This document shows, in pieces, positions 28,041-36,747 of a stretch of 64,000 bases of DNA. The DNA is taken from NCBI GenBank assembly GCA_025358085.1, contig JANYKT010000122.1, forward strand, positions 8,323 through 72,322. The letters are read 5' to 3'. Position numbers and translations under genes: made by a program. This stretch comes from Deltaproteobacteria bacterium (lineage in GTDB: Bacteria; Myxococcota; Myxococcia; Myxococcales; 40CM-4-68-19). The first letter of the stretch is position 1. Every line of letters begins with the position of its first letter. The notes under the pieces were generated by a model. That model ran no database searches. It saw nothing but the letters and a program-made list of their open reading frames with translations, and was not told where the DNA came from.

Positions 28041-29216
28041 ATGGCTACCCACCGTCAGCCAGGACGCTATGAGAAGAGCACGGTCGCCGGCGAGGCGGTG
28101 TCGGCGTTCGTGCCGGATCCGCTGCCGCCACCGCTCAAGCTCACCGTAGGGCTGCAGGAGAAGGTCCGCCTCGCTGAGCAAAAGCTGAGCCGCCTCGAGC
28201 TTGCGGGCGAGATGGTGCCGTCGCTCGAATGGTTCATCTACGCGTTCGTCCGCAAGGAGGCCGTGGTCTCTTCGCAGATCGAAGGAATGCAAGCGAGCCT
28301 CGTCGACTTGCTCGCGTACGAGGCCGGCGCACCCGCGGGCAAGGATGTATCAACCGACGAGGTGGAGGAGGTCTCGAACTACCTCGCTGCGCTCGCGTAT
28401 GCGCGCCAGCAGCTGCGCAGCGAGAAGGGCCTCCCGCTGTCCACGCGCCTCCTGAACGAAGCGCACCGCCGGCTGATGAAGGGCGTCCGCGGCTCGACGA
28501 AGCAGCCAGGCGAGCTGCGCCGCGCCCAGAACTGGATCGGAGGCACACGTGCCGGCAATGCCGCCTACGTTCCGCCTCCGCCGCAGGAGGTGGGCCGTCT
28601 CCTGAGCGATCTTGAGAGGTATATCCATCGAGACGACGACCTCCCTTCTCTCGTCCGCGCCGCCCTCGTGCACGTGCAATTCGAGACCATCCACCCTTAT
28701 CTCGACGGCAACGGCCGCATCGGCCGCCTGCTCATCACCCTCCTGCTCGAACACTGGAAGCTGCTTCCCGAGCCGCTCCTGTACTTGAGCCTCTTCTTCA
28801 AACAACACCGCGACGAGTACTACCGCTTGCTGAACGCGGTGCGCCTCGAAGGCGACTGGGATTCCTGGGTCTCGTTTTTCCTCGAGGGCGTCTCGACCAT
28901 CGCCGACGAAGCCGCCGACACGGCCCGCGATCTGTTTGTCCTGGTCAACAAGGACCGCGCCCGCGTCCTCACGGCGCCGAACGCATCGGTGATGGTCGTG
29001 CGCCTCCTCGACGAGCTACCCCGCCACCCGATGGTCACCATCCCCACGGTCGTCAAGCTCCTTGAGACGACGAAGCCGACCGCTACCAAAGCCGTGGGCG
29101 TGCTCGAACAACTCGGAGTCCTGCAGGAGACGACCGGCCGCCGCCGCGACCGCACGTTCAGCTACGCCGCCTACCTCGATCGCCTTCGAGCGGGAACCGA
29201 ACCTCATGAGGCGTGA
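28041..29216 (+). CDS. Fic family protein (AMPylase-type), with internal inhibitory motif
   Basis: Fic core HPYLDGNGRIGR (HxFx[D/E]GNGRxxR with F->Y). The upstream SSQIEG fits the [S/T]xxxE[G/N] alpha-inh motif in the same polypeptide. Confidence 0.9.
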   Translation: MATHRQPGRYEKSTVAGEAVSAFVPDPLPPPLKLTVGLQEKVRLAEQKLSRLELAGEMVPSLEWFIYAFVRKEAVVSSQIEGMQASLVDLLAYEAGAPAGKDVSTDEVEEVSNYLAALAYARQQLRSEKGLPLSTRLLNEAHRRLMKGVRGSTKQPGELRRAQNWIGGTRAGNAAYVPPPPQEVGRLLSDLERYIHRDDDLPSLVRAALVHVQFETIHPYLDGNGRIGRLLITLLLEHWKLLPEPLLYLSLFFKQHRDEYYRLLNAVRLEGDWDSWVSFFLEGVSTIADEAADTARDLFVLVNKDRARVLTAPNASVMVVRLLDELPRHPMVTIPTVVKLLETTKPTATKAVGVLEQLGVLQETTGRRRDRTFSYAAYLDRLRAGTEPHEA

Positions 29217-29218
29217 TC

Positions 29219-32200
29219 CTATCCTGACGGTTCGGGAACCGTGTCGGCGAAGTTTCTGTAGCCACGGGTGAGCAGCCTTGAGACAAGTTCGCGCGCTAGT
29301 CCAGCACCCTCCGGAGCCGAGGCCAGCGCTCTGAGTGCTTCCTCAAATGCGGGTATGTTGCGGCCGACGAGCCATTGATCGTGATGACTGTCCACCAGCT
29401 TCTCCAGGCATGCAGCTACCTTGGTTGGTCGCGTTGCTGCTCCTTGCGCGAGTTTCTTGATCACCTCGTGATCCCACTCAACGCGGCCGTCCGTGAGAGT
29501 CAGAACCTCTAGTAGCTCGTCGGTTGCCCATTGGTCATCGAAGACACCGCTTGTGAACCACCATCCAAACGCGGCGAGATCCGCAGCATCCGAGGTGGCC
29601 GCCGCTGCTATCCGCCACCACCGCCACATCGTACGCAGGCGATCGACCACCGCGGGCGGTACAGGTGTCTTGTCTTGCTGTAGCGTGCGCCCCACATCGG
29701 CCAGTGCATGTTTCCGTGTTACCGGCTGAGATGCCGAAACGAACCGCTCCAAAAGGCCATCTTCGCTCGTTGGCGAGATCGTTCCCCAAACCGCAAGCCA
29801 AGCAATGTGCTTCGCGTAATCCTCAAGAAGCTTCGGATCGACCTCTGGGATCTTTCGGGCGGTCAGTTGATACTGATTGATCAGAACAGGGAACGCTCTC
29901 GCCCACGGTCTATTCCACTTGAGGTATAGCCACCAAGCCTCGACGCGCTCGGACCAGGTCGCGTCATCCATTGGGAACAGTCTCTCGGCCATTGCTGTCG
30001 CCTCTTCCGGTCCTGCGGCCAACAACGTGTTGAAGAAATGCCCTACGCTCGAACGCAGAAGCGCCGACGGCTCATTCGACAACGAGATGCGCGACTGCAG
30101 TGTCGCAAAGACTTCCGCTTTCAGTTGCCCATGCGCTGCCGATGAGTTGTCCACAAGGTTTCCCAGCAGGATGAAGCCGGCTTCTAGGGCCCGCCCGCGC
30201 ACGGTGTTCAGAAGGAAGGTCTCGGCGTCCCAAGAACTCTCGTGCTCGCGCTCGGGAGTGGGATCGGTATCGGAGAGCAACCTCTTCAACGTGGACCAAA
30301 TTCGCGTCGTTCGTTGCTCGTCTTTGGGAGCAAAGACTCGCACGGCATCTCGGAGTATGTCGACTGCCGTCTGCCGAGCCCAAGTCCAGTTGCCCGGACT
30401 ATCTTCGGCTCGATCCGTCGTCTCCTGCTTGCTCGTGAAGTCTGCCAAATCGAGGAGTGCATCCCAATCGACGGCTGCCGCCGCGATATCTTGGTCGCGC
30501 GTGTTTTGGGCAACTTCGTGCAAGCCCCACAACAAACCGGCAACGTACTGCGGGTTCGTGCGAGCAATCTCGCGAGCGAGCCGAGACAGCCGCAGAGGTT
30601 CTCTGGTTGCCGCGGACTTCAACTCCAACGCGAGTCCCTCATGTGAGGGGGCGAAATGCTCTCGTGGAGCGGGTTGCCACTGTGCCAGAAAAGCGATCAG
30701 GGCGTCGTCACTGAGCGCAAGCAGATCTGCCGACTCTCGTGGCGTCCGTGGTCCCCAACTGGCTGTTCTCCAACTCAAGAATGTCGGATGCTTTTCGGCA
30801 CCGAATTCCCGCACTAGCGCTGCGAACTCGGCCCTAAGCGCTTCTGTGTGGAGCTTCTCGCCGATGATCGTCAGCCACCGCCAGAAGGTATAACGCGAGT
30901 CTGACTCGTCTCGCCGGCCGCGCCGTGCTGGTTGGTCCTCGAATGCGTACCGCCTGATGGCGTTCACGATCGCCGTCTTGTCTTCATCCGAGAACGATGC
31001 GAAGTGAGTACGCAGCATGGCCGCGCGTTCGTGGAAAGTCTCGAGGTCGCCGAAAGCTTGGGACTGCGTCGCGCGCTCAACGACCAAGCTCGGAGCGAGT
31101 CCTCCTCGTTCTGCGAGCAAGTAGAGGGCCACGCGGCGAAAAATGGGAGGATCGCGTGCTTCCAGTGTTTCAACCGTTGCCGTGAGGGCGGCGCGGTCCG
31201 CAGCGAGACGCAGGCACAGGTTTCGAAGCTCGCGCAGTATGGCGTCGAGCGGTCCATCGGGCCCGTTTTGCTCATGATCCTCGATGGTCGCGCGCCAGCC
31301 CGACGATTCGTTGCCCTGGCCTTCGACGAGGAGCTCGGCAAGCAGCGTCAGCGCGCGTCCGCTATCAGCCGCCTCGATGGCTCGGACGCCTGTGGCAATA
31401 ATCGGTTCGTATTGCCACTCCTGAACGATTGGGTCGCGTTCGCGGATCGTGTTTGCGTTGGCGCTGCGGAACCCTACCAGACTCTTCAAGAGCACAGTCG
31501 CTGACTCAAGCTTGCCTCCATTCGCCAGCTTTGCGGCGAGCTCCGCTCCGAGTTCCGGGAACAGGTAGGTGCGGTCTGGGCGCCCCGTGACCCATTGGAC
31601 TTCCCTCTGTGCGATTTGGTCAGCCTCATCAGGAGGCATCGCTAACGCTGCGCGCAGAAAATCAACATGTATGGACAGGTTCTCCGCTTCGGGCACCTCT
31701 AGAATGACGTCAGCAACTTCGCGCGGCCGGCGCTGGGCGATCCGCGCGAGGTAGGCTGACTGGGGCCAGGGAGGGAACGATCTCCTCCGCTGTGCCTCGT
31801 CCACGATCGGCGCGCGCGGGAATGCGAAAAAGCGGCCGCGTCGCAACCCAGGCAGCCACTCGTCGGACAATCCGTTCAGGAAATGATCTACAGCCGCCGT
31901 TGCTCCCGGGGCGAGATGCTTTCGGATGAAGGCCTCGCCGCGCTCATGGCCCTCAAACTTCACAAGATCAAGCTTGCGGAGATAAGCCGCGTACACGGCT
32001 TCGGCTCTATCGAGCACTCGGTCGAGGATCCTAACAAACTCCAACCAGTATTCGGCGAACTCGGAGTCAAACGGCCGAGGCGGCGCGAATTCGTCGTGAT
32101 GCGCCGGTTTGTGCCACTTCCGAACGACAAGCCAGCGCTTCGCAACTTCGTCTTTCTCGAGTCCCAACGCTGCGAGGATCGCGCGAATCTCTTGGCTTTG

Positions 32201-32515
32201 AGTGTGGTCGCCGGAAGGTTCGGGCGCCATGGCGTCGAGCGCCTCTCGTACCGCCGACAGTCCCAGAAGCAAATCGGTCACCATGCTCTGAACTTCGCGC
32301 ATCAGGTGCCCGATCAAATGCGTAGACGTGCGGAAAGCCGGGTCGAGCTGCCCGATCTCGCACGCGTCCGCGAAGAAGTCAGCAGCCCCTTCATCACCGA
32401 GGAGGCGAGTCAGGCGTTCCCAGACGCGCCGATGCGCCGGACTCGGGAACTTCGTTGGCAGTGAACGTCTCGCCATCGCCACAACATAGCAACCACCTGC
32501 GGATCGAATCTCCAC
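29219..32515 (-). CDS. large orphan protein, predicted all-alpha, no recognisable catalytic motif
   Basis: Uninterrupted 1098-codon ORF (GTG 32515, alternative ATG 32476). Coding-like periodicity but more A/T-ending codons than neighbours. No P-loop, TM segment or signal peptide seen. Confidence 0.8.
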   Translation of the reverse strand: MEIRSAGGCYVVAMARRSLPTKFPSPAHRRVWERLTRLLGDEGAADFFADACEIGQLDPAFRTSTHLIGHLMREVQSMVTDLLLGLSAVREALDAMAPEPSGDHTQSQEIRAILAALGLEKDEVAKRWLVVRKWHKPAHHDEFAPPRPFDSEFAEYWLEFVRILDRVLDRAEAVYAAYLRKLDLVKFEGHERGEAFIRKHLAPGATAAVDHFLNGLSDEWLPGLRRGRFFAFPRAPIVDEAQRRRSFPPWPQSAYLARIAQRRPREVADVILEVPEAENLSIHVDFLRAALAMPPDEADQIAQREVQWVTGRPDRTYLFPELGAELAAKLANGGKLESATVLLKSLVGFRSANANTIRERDPIVQEWQYEPIIATGVRAIEAADSGRALTLLAELLVEGQGNESSGWRATIEDHEQNGPDGPLDAILRELRNLCLRLAADRAALTATVETLEARDPPIFRRVALYLLAERGGLAPSLVVERATQSQAFGDLETFHERAAMLRTHFASFSDEDKTAIVNAIRRYAFEDQPARRGRRDESDSRYTFWRWLTIIGEKLHTEALRAEFAALVREFGAEKHPTFLSWRTASWGPRTPRESADLLALSDDALIAFLAQWQPAPREHFAPSHEGLALELKSAATREPLRLSRLAREIARTNPQYVAGLLWGLHEVAQNTRDQDIAAAAVDWDALLDLADFTSKQETTDRAEDSPGNWTWARQTAVDILRDAVRVFAPKDEQRTTRIWSTLKRLLSDTDPTPEREHESSWDAETFLLNTVRGRALEAGFILLGNLVDNSSAAHGQLKAEVFATLQSRISLSNEPSALLRSSVGHFFNTLLAAGPEEATAMAERLFPMDDATWSERVEAWWLYLKWNRPWARAFPVLINQYQLTARKIPEVDPKLLEDYAKHIAWLAVWGTISPTSEDGLLERFVSASQPVTRKHALADVGRTLQQDKTPVPPAVVDRLRTMWRWWRIAAAATSDAADLAAFGWWFTSGVFDDQWATDELLEVLTLTDGRVEWDHEVIKKLAQGAATRPTKVAACLEKLVDSHHDQWLVGRNIPAFEEALRALASAPEGAGLARELVSRLLTRGYRNFADTVPEPSG

Positions 32516-32625
32516 TAGACTGCTGCTCGGAGTGCGTCAACCCCGAGAGTCGACTTCGGCGCGGCGGGCATCGGCGGACAGACACTAAAGATGCCGGAAT
32601 TGACGAGCCCAAGCGTTTTTGTTAT

Positions 32626-32645
32626 TAGGTTGGTCAACCAACCTA
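32626..32645. promoter_or_regulatory. perfect palindrome, probable TetR operator
   Basis: taggttggt-ca-accaaccta (9-bp arms, 2-bp spacer). It ends on the A of the tetR ATG at 32645, in the divergent control region shared with the 1098-aa gene. Confidence 0.5.
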
Positions 32646-33238
32646 TGCCACGACCCTCAAACACCGACCACCGCCGCGAAGAGATCGTCCTGGGCATGCT
32701 GCGGACACTCGCAGAGCACGGATACGACGGCGCCTCGACACAGCGGATCGCCCACGCTGCCGGGCTCACACCGGGGCTCATCCACTACCACTTCGCCTCG
32801 AAGCAGGAGGTCCTCCTCGCCCTGGTCGAGCTGCTGGCGCGACGCGCGCGGGAGCGTATCGAGAAGCACCGCCGCCGGGCGAAGAACGACCGCGAGCACT
32901 TGCACGCCTTCCTGGACGGGATGCTCCAGGTGGGAGCGGGAGCCGACCCGCAGGCCGTGACCGCCTGGGTGGTCGTCACGGCCGAAGCGATTCGGGAACC
33001 GAAGGTGGCCCGCGCAGTCCGGGCGGTGCTCGCGTCTTGGCAGCGCGAGTCGGAGCAGCTCTGCATGCCCCTAGCCAAGGATCGGCGTGTTGCGGCGAAG
33101 GCTGCAGCGGCGCTCGTCGCGTTCGTGCAGGGCTGCTTCGTTCAGGCGGCGGTGGCGCCAGATTCGATCCCGTCCGGCTCGGCGGCACCTTCTGCCCGCG
33201 CGCTGGCAGACGGCCTCCTTCCAGGAGCACGCGCATGA
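32645..33238 (+). CDS. TetR/AcrR family transcriptional regulator
   Basis: N-terminal HTH RREEIVLGMLRTLAEHGYDGASTQRIAHAAGLTPGLIHYHFASKQEVL. An alternative ATG at 32591 is possible. Confidence 0.85.
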   Translation: MPRPSNTDHRREEIVLGMLRTLAEHGYDGASTQRIAHAAGLTPGLIHYHFASKQEVLLALVELLARRARERIEKHRRRAKNDREHLHAFLDGMLQVGAGADPQAVTAWVVVTAEAIREPKVARAVRAVLASWQRESEQLCMPLAKDRRVAAKAAAALVAFVQGCFVQAAVAPDSIPSGSAAPSARALADGLLPGARA

Positions 33239-33966
33239 GCTTCACAGTGACAGCCCTCGGCGTCGGGGATGCCTTCAGCGCCATGCACTACACGTCGTGC
33301 CTCCTGCTCGAGGCGTCGGGCGTCGCGTTGCTGGTGGACTGCCCCCACCCCATCCGGAAGATGCTCCGCGAGGGCACCGAAGGCCGCGTAGACGTGCAAG
33401 ACGTGCGCGGCGTGGCCGTCACGCACCTTCACGCGGACCATGCCTCGGGGCTGGAGGGGTTCGCGTACTACTCGCATTTCGCGTTGGGTAGACGGACGCC
33501 GTTGCTCGCCGGACCGGAGGTGCTGGCACAGGCCTGGGACGGCCACCTCGCCGCCGGGATGCGCGTGCTGCGCGACGCGAACGGCCCCCACCAGCACACC
33601 TTCGAGTCATTCTTCGATCCTTGCCCGATTGCCGAGGGCGAGGTGTTCGCGTTCGGTCCGTTCGCAATCGAGGTGCGCCCGACGTTGCATCACATCCCGA
33701 CCTACGCCTTCAGAGTCCGCGCGGCGGGCAGGCTGATCGGAGTGAGCGGCGACACGGCGTTCGACCAGGACCTCATCACGTGGCTTGCGACGTGCGACAT
33801 GATCATCCACGAGTCCAACCTCGGCCCCGCTCACACGCCCTACGAGTCGCTGGCCGCGCTGCCGCGAGAGCTGCGCGCGCGCATGCGCGTCACGCACCTG
33901 CCCGACGGCTTCGAACTCGACGCCGCAGTGCAGCCGCTGCGCCAGGGCGAACGCTTGGAGGTGTAG
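33235..33966 (+). CDS. MBL-fold metallo-hydrolase
   Basis: HxHxDH motif THLHADH plus downstream His/Asp ligands. Its ATG overlaps the tetR stop (ATGA). Confidence 0.8.
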   Translation: MSFTVTALGVGDAFSAMHYTSCLLLEASGVALLVDCPHPIRKMLREGTEGRVDVQDVRGVAVTHLHADHASGLEGFAYYSHFALGRRTPLLAGPEVLAQAWDGHLAAGMRVLRDANGPHQHTFESFFDPCPIAEGEVFAFGPFAIEVRPTLHHIPTYAFRVRAAGRLIGVSGDTAFDQDLITWLATCDMIIHESNLGPAHTPYESLAALPRELRARMRVTHLPDGFELDAAVQPLRQGERLEV

Positions 33967-33969
33967 ACG

Positions 33970-34383
33970 ATGCTGTTCATCCCGCTCTTCGCGGCCCTCT
34001 TGGTCGGCTACCTGTGGATGCGGTCGCGCCAGAAGAAGGCGATCATGGCTCCGTCGGCGCCGCCCTTCACGATCGAGGTGGGTGGCGACGGCGTGACGCT
34101 GCGCAAGGGCGCGTCGATGAAGGCTTGGATGCGGTGGGAGGACATTCGCGCGGTCCGCTCGTTCAAGTTGGACTGCTACGCCTATGACTTGATCTGCTTC
34201 GCCGTGGAGTCCAGGGCGGAAGGCGCGGGGTTCCTGGTGAACGAGGAGCACCCTCAGTTTGATGAGCTCGTCGGCGCCTTCGAGGCGCGCCTACCCGGGT
34301 TCGACGGCGAGTGGTTCCAGAAGGTCGCGTTCCCGGCCTTCGAGACGTGCGAGACGGTGGTGTATCGCTCGGCCTCCCCGTGA
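33970..34383 (+). CDS. hypothetical protein with N-terminal membrane helix
   Basis: MLFIPLFAALLVGYLWM anchor. Starts 3 nt after the MBL stop. Confidence 0.5.
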   Translation: MLFIPLFAALLVGYLWMRSRQKKAIMAPSAPPFTIEVGGDGVTLRKGASMKAWMRWEDIRAVRSFKLDCYAYDLICFAVESRAEGAGFLVNEEHPQFDELVGAFEARLPGFDGEWFQKVAFPAFETCETVVYRSASP

Positions 34384-34425
34384 TGCACAAGGTCCGGCGG
34401 CCCTTGATCGCCGCGCTACAATGCC

Positions 34426-34671
34426 GTGGTGGCCGTGGGCAAGGGCAAGCCGCTGGAGGGACCGAAGAGCGTCGAAACGCTCGCTTCGTTCATCACTATG
34501 GACGTGTTCCGGGCCGTACAGTCGTCTCTCGTCCGCGCTGCGGCCGACATGCTGTTCCACTCGCGGCGTGATGATTTCCACAACAACCCAGCGAACACGA
34601 TCACGTACCAGGGGCTCGCGGCGATCGAGGAACGCGCCACAGTCCACATCTCGGAAGCTCGGAAGTACTGA
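34426..34671 (+). CDS. hypothetical protein (possibly the 5' part of a split gene)
   Basis: 81-aa ORF. The next frame is already open from 34575. Confidence 0.35.
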   Translation: MVAVGKGKPLEGPKSVETLASFITMDVFRAVQSSLVRAAADMLFHSRRDDFHNNPANTITYQGLAAIEERATVHISEARKY

Positions 34672-34784
34672 AGAACGAGAATGGCATCTTCACCATCTCG
34701 CCCGAGCTGCGGCGCGTCCTGGACCTGAAATTCCACCGACACGCCCTGAGCCATCCAGTCACGATCAGGTGGAGCAACCGGAAG

Positions 34785-35075
34785 ATGCAGCAGTTCTTCG
34801 ACACCAAGCGCCAGTACCGCGACCACCGCGCCGCGATCATCTGGGATCTGCAGCGGTCGGTGAACGAGGAGATGAAGCGGCACGGCCTCGCGCCAAAGCT
34901 GGAGACGATTCCTATCCACCCGGAGATGGCGGTCATGCTCGGCACCATCCTGCGCCTCACGCTAAAGCCCGAAGCGGCCGGAGCAATCCCGAGCGAAGCC
35001 GATCTGCTTGCCAGCCTCGAATCTCTGCGGGACCGCTGGCTCGCGTTCTTGGTGGAGAAGACCGCGCCGAGGTGA
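34785..35075 (+). CDS. hypothetical protein (possibly the 3' part of a split gene)
   Basis: 96 aa from the first ATG. The same frame reads protein-like text upstream to 34575 with no start codon. Confidence 0.4.
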   Translation: MQQFFDTKRQYRDHRAAIIWDLQRSVNEEMKRHGLAPKLETIPIHPEMAVMLGTILRLTLKPEAAGAIPSEADLLASLESLRDRWLAFLVEKTAPR

Positions 35076-35187
35076 GACGGCGCCGCCCGAGAGAACGGGG
35101 CTGTCACCCGCGATCGTCCCAGGATCGTGCGCGACGCGGCCTCTGCCGCACTCCGCGAGGTGGGCCTACTCGACTGAGACAACCATC

Positions 35188-36435
35188 TCAGTCAGCCGCT
35201 TTGAGGCCATGTCGGGCGAGGGCCTCTGCGGCACGACGGGCGTACGCGGAAAAGACGCTCAGAATGGGCACTGCGTCCGGCGGCAGCTTCGGAATCGAGT
35301 CGCGTCGGACGTGCTTGGCCAGAGCTTCTTGCGCTTCGTGCAATGCCCACAGCACAGCCTCCATCGCAGTTTCCAGTCGAATGAGTTGCTCGCCGCGGAC
35401 GGACACGCGGCCGCGTCGGAGCTGCTCCTCAGCTTCGCAGAGTGCGGGGCCGGTATCGAGTCCTGGCCGCGGCGGCGGTGGCGGGCGATACGGCGCTGCT
35501 TCGACCCAGTTGACGGCAGCTGGAATCGCCGTAGGCCGCACTGCAGGTGCCGGCGGGGCCGGCCGGGCCTGCAGCGCTAGTCTTTCACTCGCCGGCGAAG
35601 ATGCTGCCGTGGACAGCTTGCGGCTCAGATACTGCTTCGCGCTGTAGAGCGTCAGCGAGCGGCCGGCGTATTCACCGCTCGCGGGGAAGCCCTCTTTCTC
35701 GAGCAGCTCTTCGATTGAGCTGCGACGTGCCTCGCTCCGGGTGACGAAGAGCAGCCGCGGTCGCCAGCCATCTCTGAAGTGCGCGCGGTAGTTCCCTCTG
35801 AAGAAAGCTGCATAGCGGCCGAGCTTGGCGCGGGTCGAGGTGGATTTCTTGGCGTCGTTGATCGTCGCGGAGCCGGTCTCGTACTCGATGAAGTAGCGCC
35901 GCTGGTGCGCGGGGTCTTCGAGCATCGCGTCTGGCTGCAGCCTGCGCTTCTCCATGCGGAGCGCGGTGCGGTCGAATTCCTCGAACGGAAGGTTGAGGTA
36001 CTCGCCGAGGATCCAGCGAAAGTGCTGCGGCACCTTCGCCGGCGTCTTGCCGTCCTGCAGCACGAGGCCCAGGAACACCTCGTTGACCATCACTTCGTGC
36101 TTCAAGAACGCTTGCCCCACGTCATGCTTCGGGACACGGTCGATCTTCAGCTCCACGCGCTGCGATCCGATCTCGAACCCCTCCGCCGTCAGCGCCCAGA
36201 CCGTCGTCCATCCGTCCGCGCTTCCAAATCCCAGGTCCCCGCGCAACACCGCCGCCTGCCCACTGACCTTCGCCGCCAACTGCCTCAACCTCGTAGATGA
36301 TCTTGCTTTGCTTCTCCCTGGAAATATCAACCTCTCAACTTGCTCCCTCGTCAGATACCGACACACTGCCAAGAACCCACACAACTCTCGATCCCTCTCC
36401 GTCAACTGCCGGTTCCGCCCCGCCTCCTTGAACAC
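35188..36435 (-). CDS. replication-relaxation family protein
   Basis: The N-terminal two thirds (LTERDRELCGFLAVCRYLTREQVERLIFPG...FLKHEVMVNEVF...RRYFIEYETGS) fit my recollection of the Replic_Relax family found on plasmids and integrative elements. Pro-rich linker and helical tail. Confidence 0.6.
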   Translation of the reverse strand: MFKEAGRNRQLTERDRELCGFLAVCRYLTREQVERLIFPGRSKARSSTRLRQLAAKVSGQAAVLRGDLGFGSADGWTTVWALTAEGFEIGSQRVELKIDRVPKHDVGQAFLKHEVMVNEVFLGLVLQDGKTPAKVPQHFRWILGEYLNLPFEEFDRTALRMEKRRLQPDAMLEDPAHQRRYFIEYETGSATINDAKKSTSTRAKLGRYAAFFRGNYRAHFRDGWRPRLLFVTRSEARRSSIEELLEKEGFPASGEYAGRSLTLYSAKQYLSRKLSTAASSPASERLALQARPAPPAPAVRPTAIPAAVNWVEAAPYRPPPPPRPGLDTGPALCEAEEQLRRGRVSVRGEQLIRLETAMEAVLWALHEAQEALAKHVRRDSIPKLPPDAVPILSVFSAYARRAAEALARHGLKAAD

Positions 36436-36462
36436 TGCTAACTCTCCTCACAGAAAAAGCCA

Positions 36463-36508
36463 CTTCCCGGCCACCCAATCCAGTGGTTGGGAGTGGGTGG
36501 CCGGGAAG
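36463..36508. repeat. 14-bp perfect inverted repeat with 18-nt spacer
   Basis: cttcccggccaccc (36463-36476) pairs with gggtggccgggaag (36495-36508), 28 nt upstream of the replication-relaxation gene start. Confidence 0.7.
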
Positions 36509-36711
36509 GGGCGCAGGCTGCCGCACGACGATCCCGACGCGCGAAGAGCAGAGCGCCAAGTGCTCGATTCGGCGAGGCGGAACCGGCAGCCGCCTCGAAA
36601 CTGACCTCGCAAGCTGCATCACGCAACTGACTCGAAACCGCTCGATCCATCCACCGATCGAGCCTCGTTGAGAGCCTGTTTTCGAGCGATGAGCTTGTAG
36701 CCAGCATGCAA

Positions 36712-36740
36712 TTGACCTGTACTACATAATAGTCTACAAG
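36712..36740 (+). promoter_or_regulatory. possible promoter giving a leaderless RHH transcript
   Basis: TTGACC-N17-TACAAG, with the ATG of the RHH gene 7-8 nt downstream. No SD sequence. Locally AT-rich. Confidence 0.3.
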
Positions 36741-36747
36741 ACAAGAC

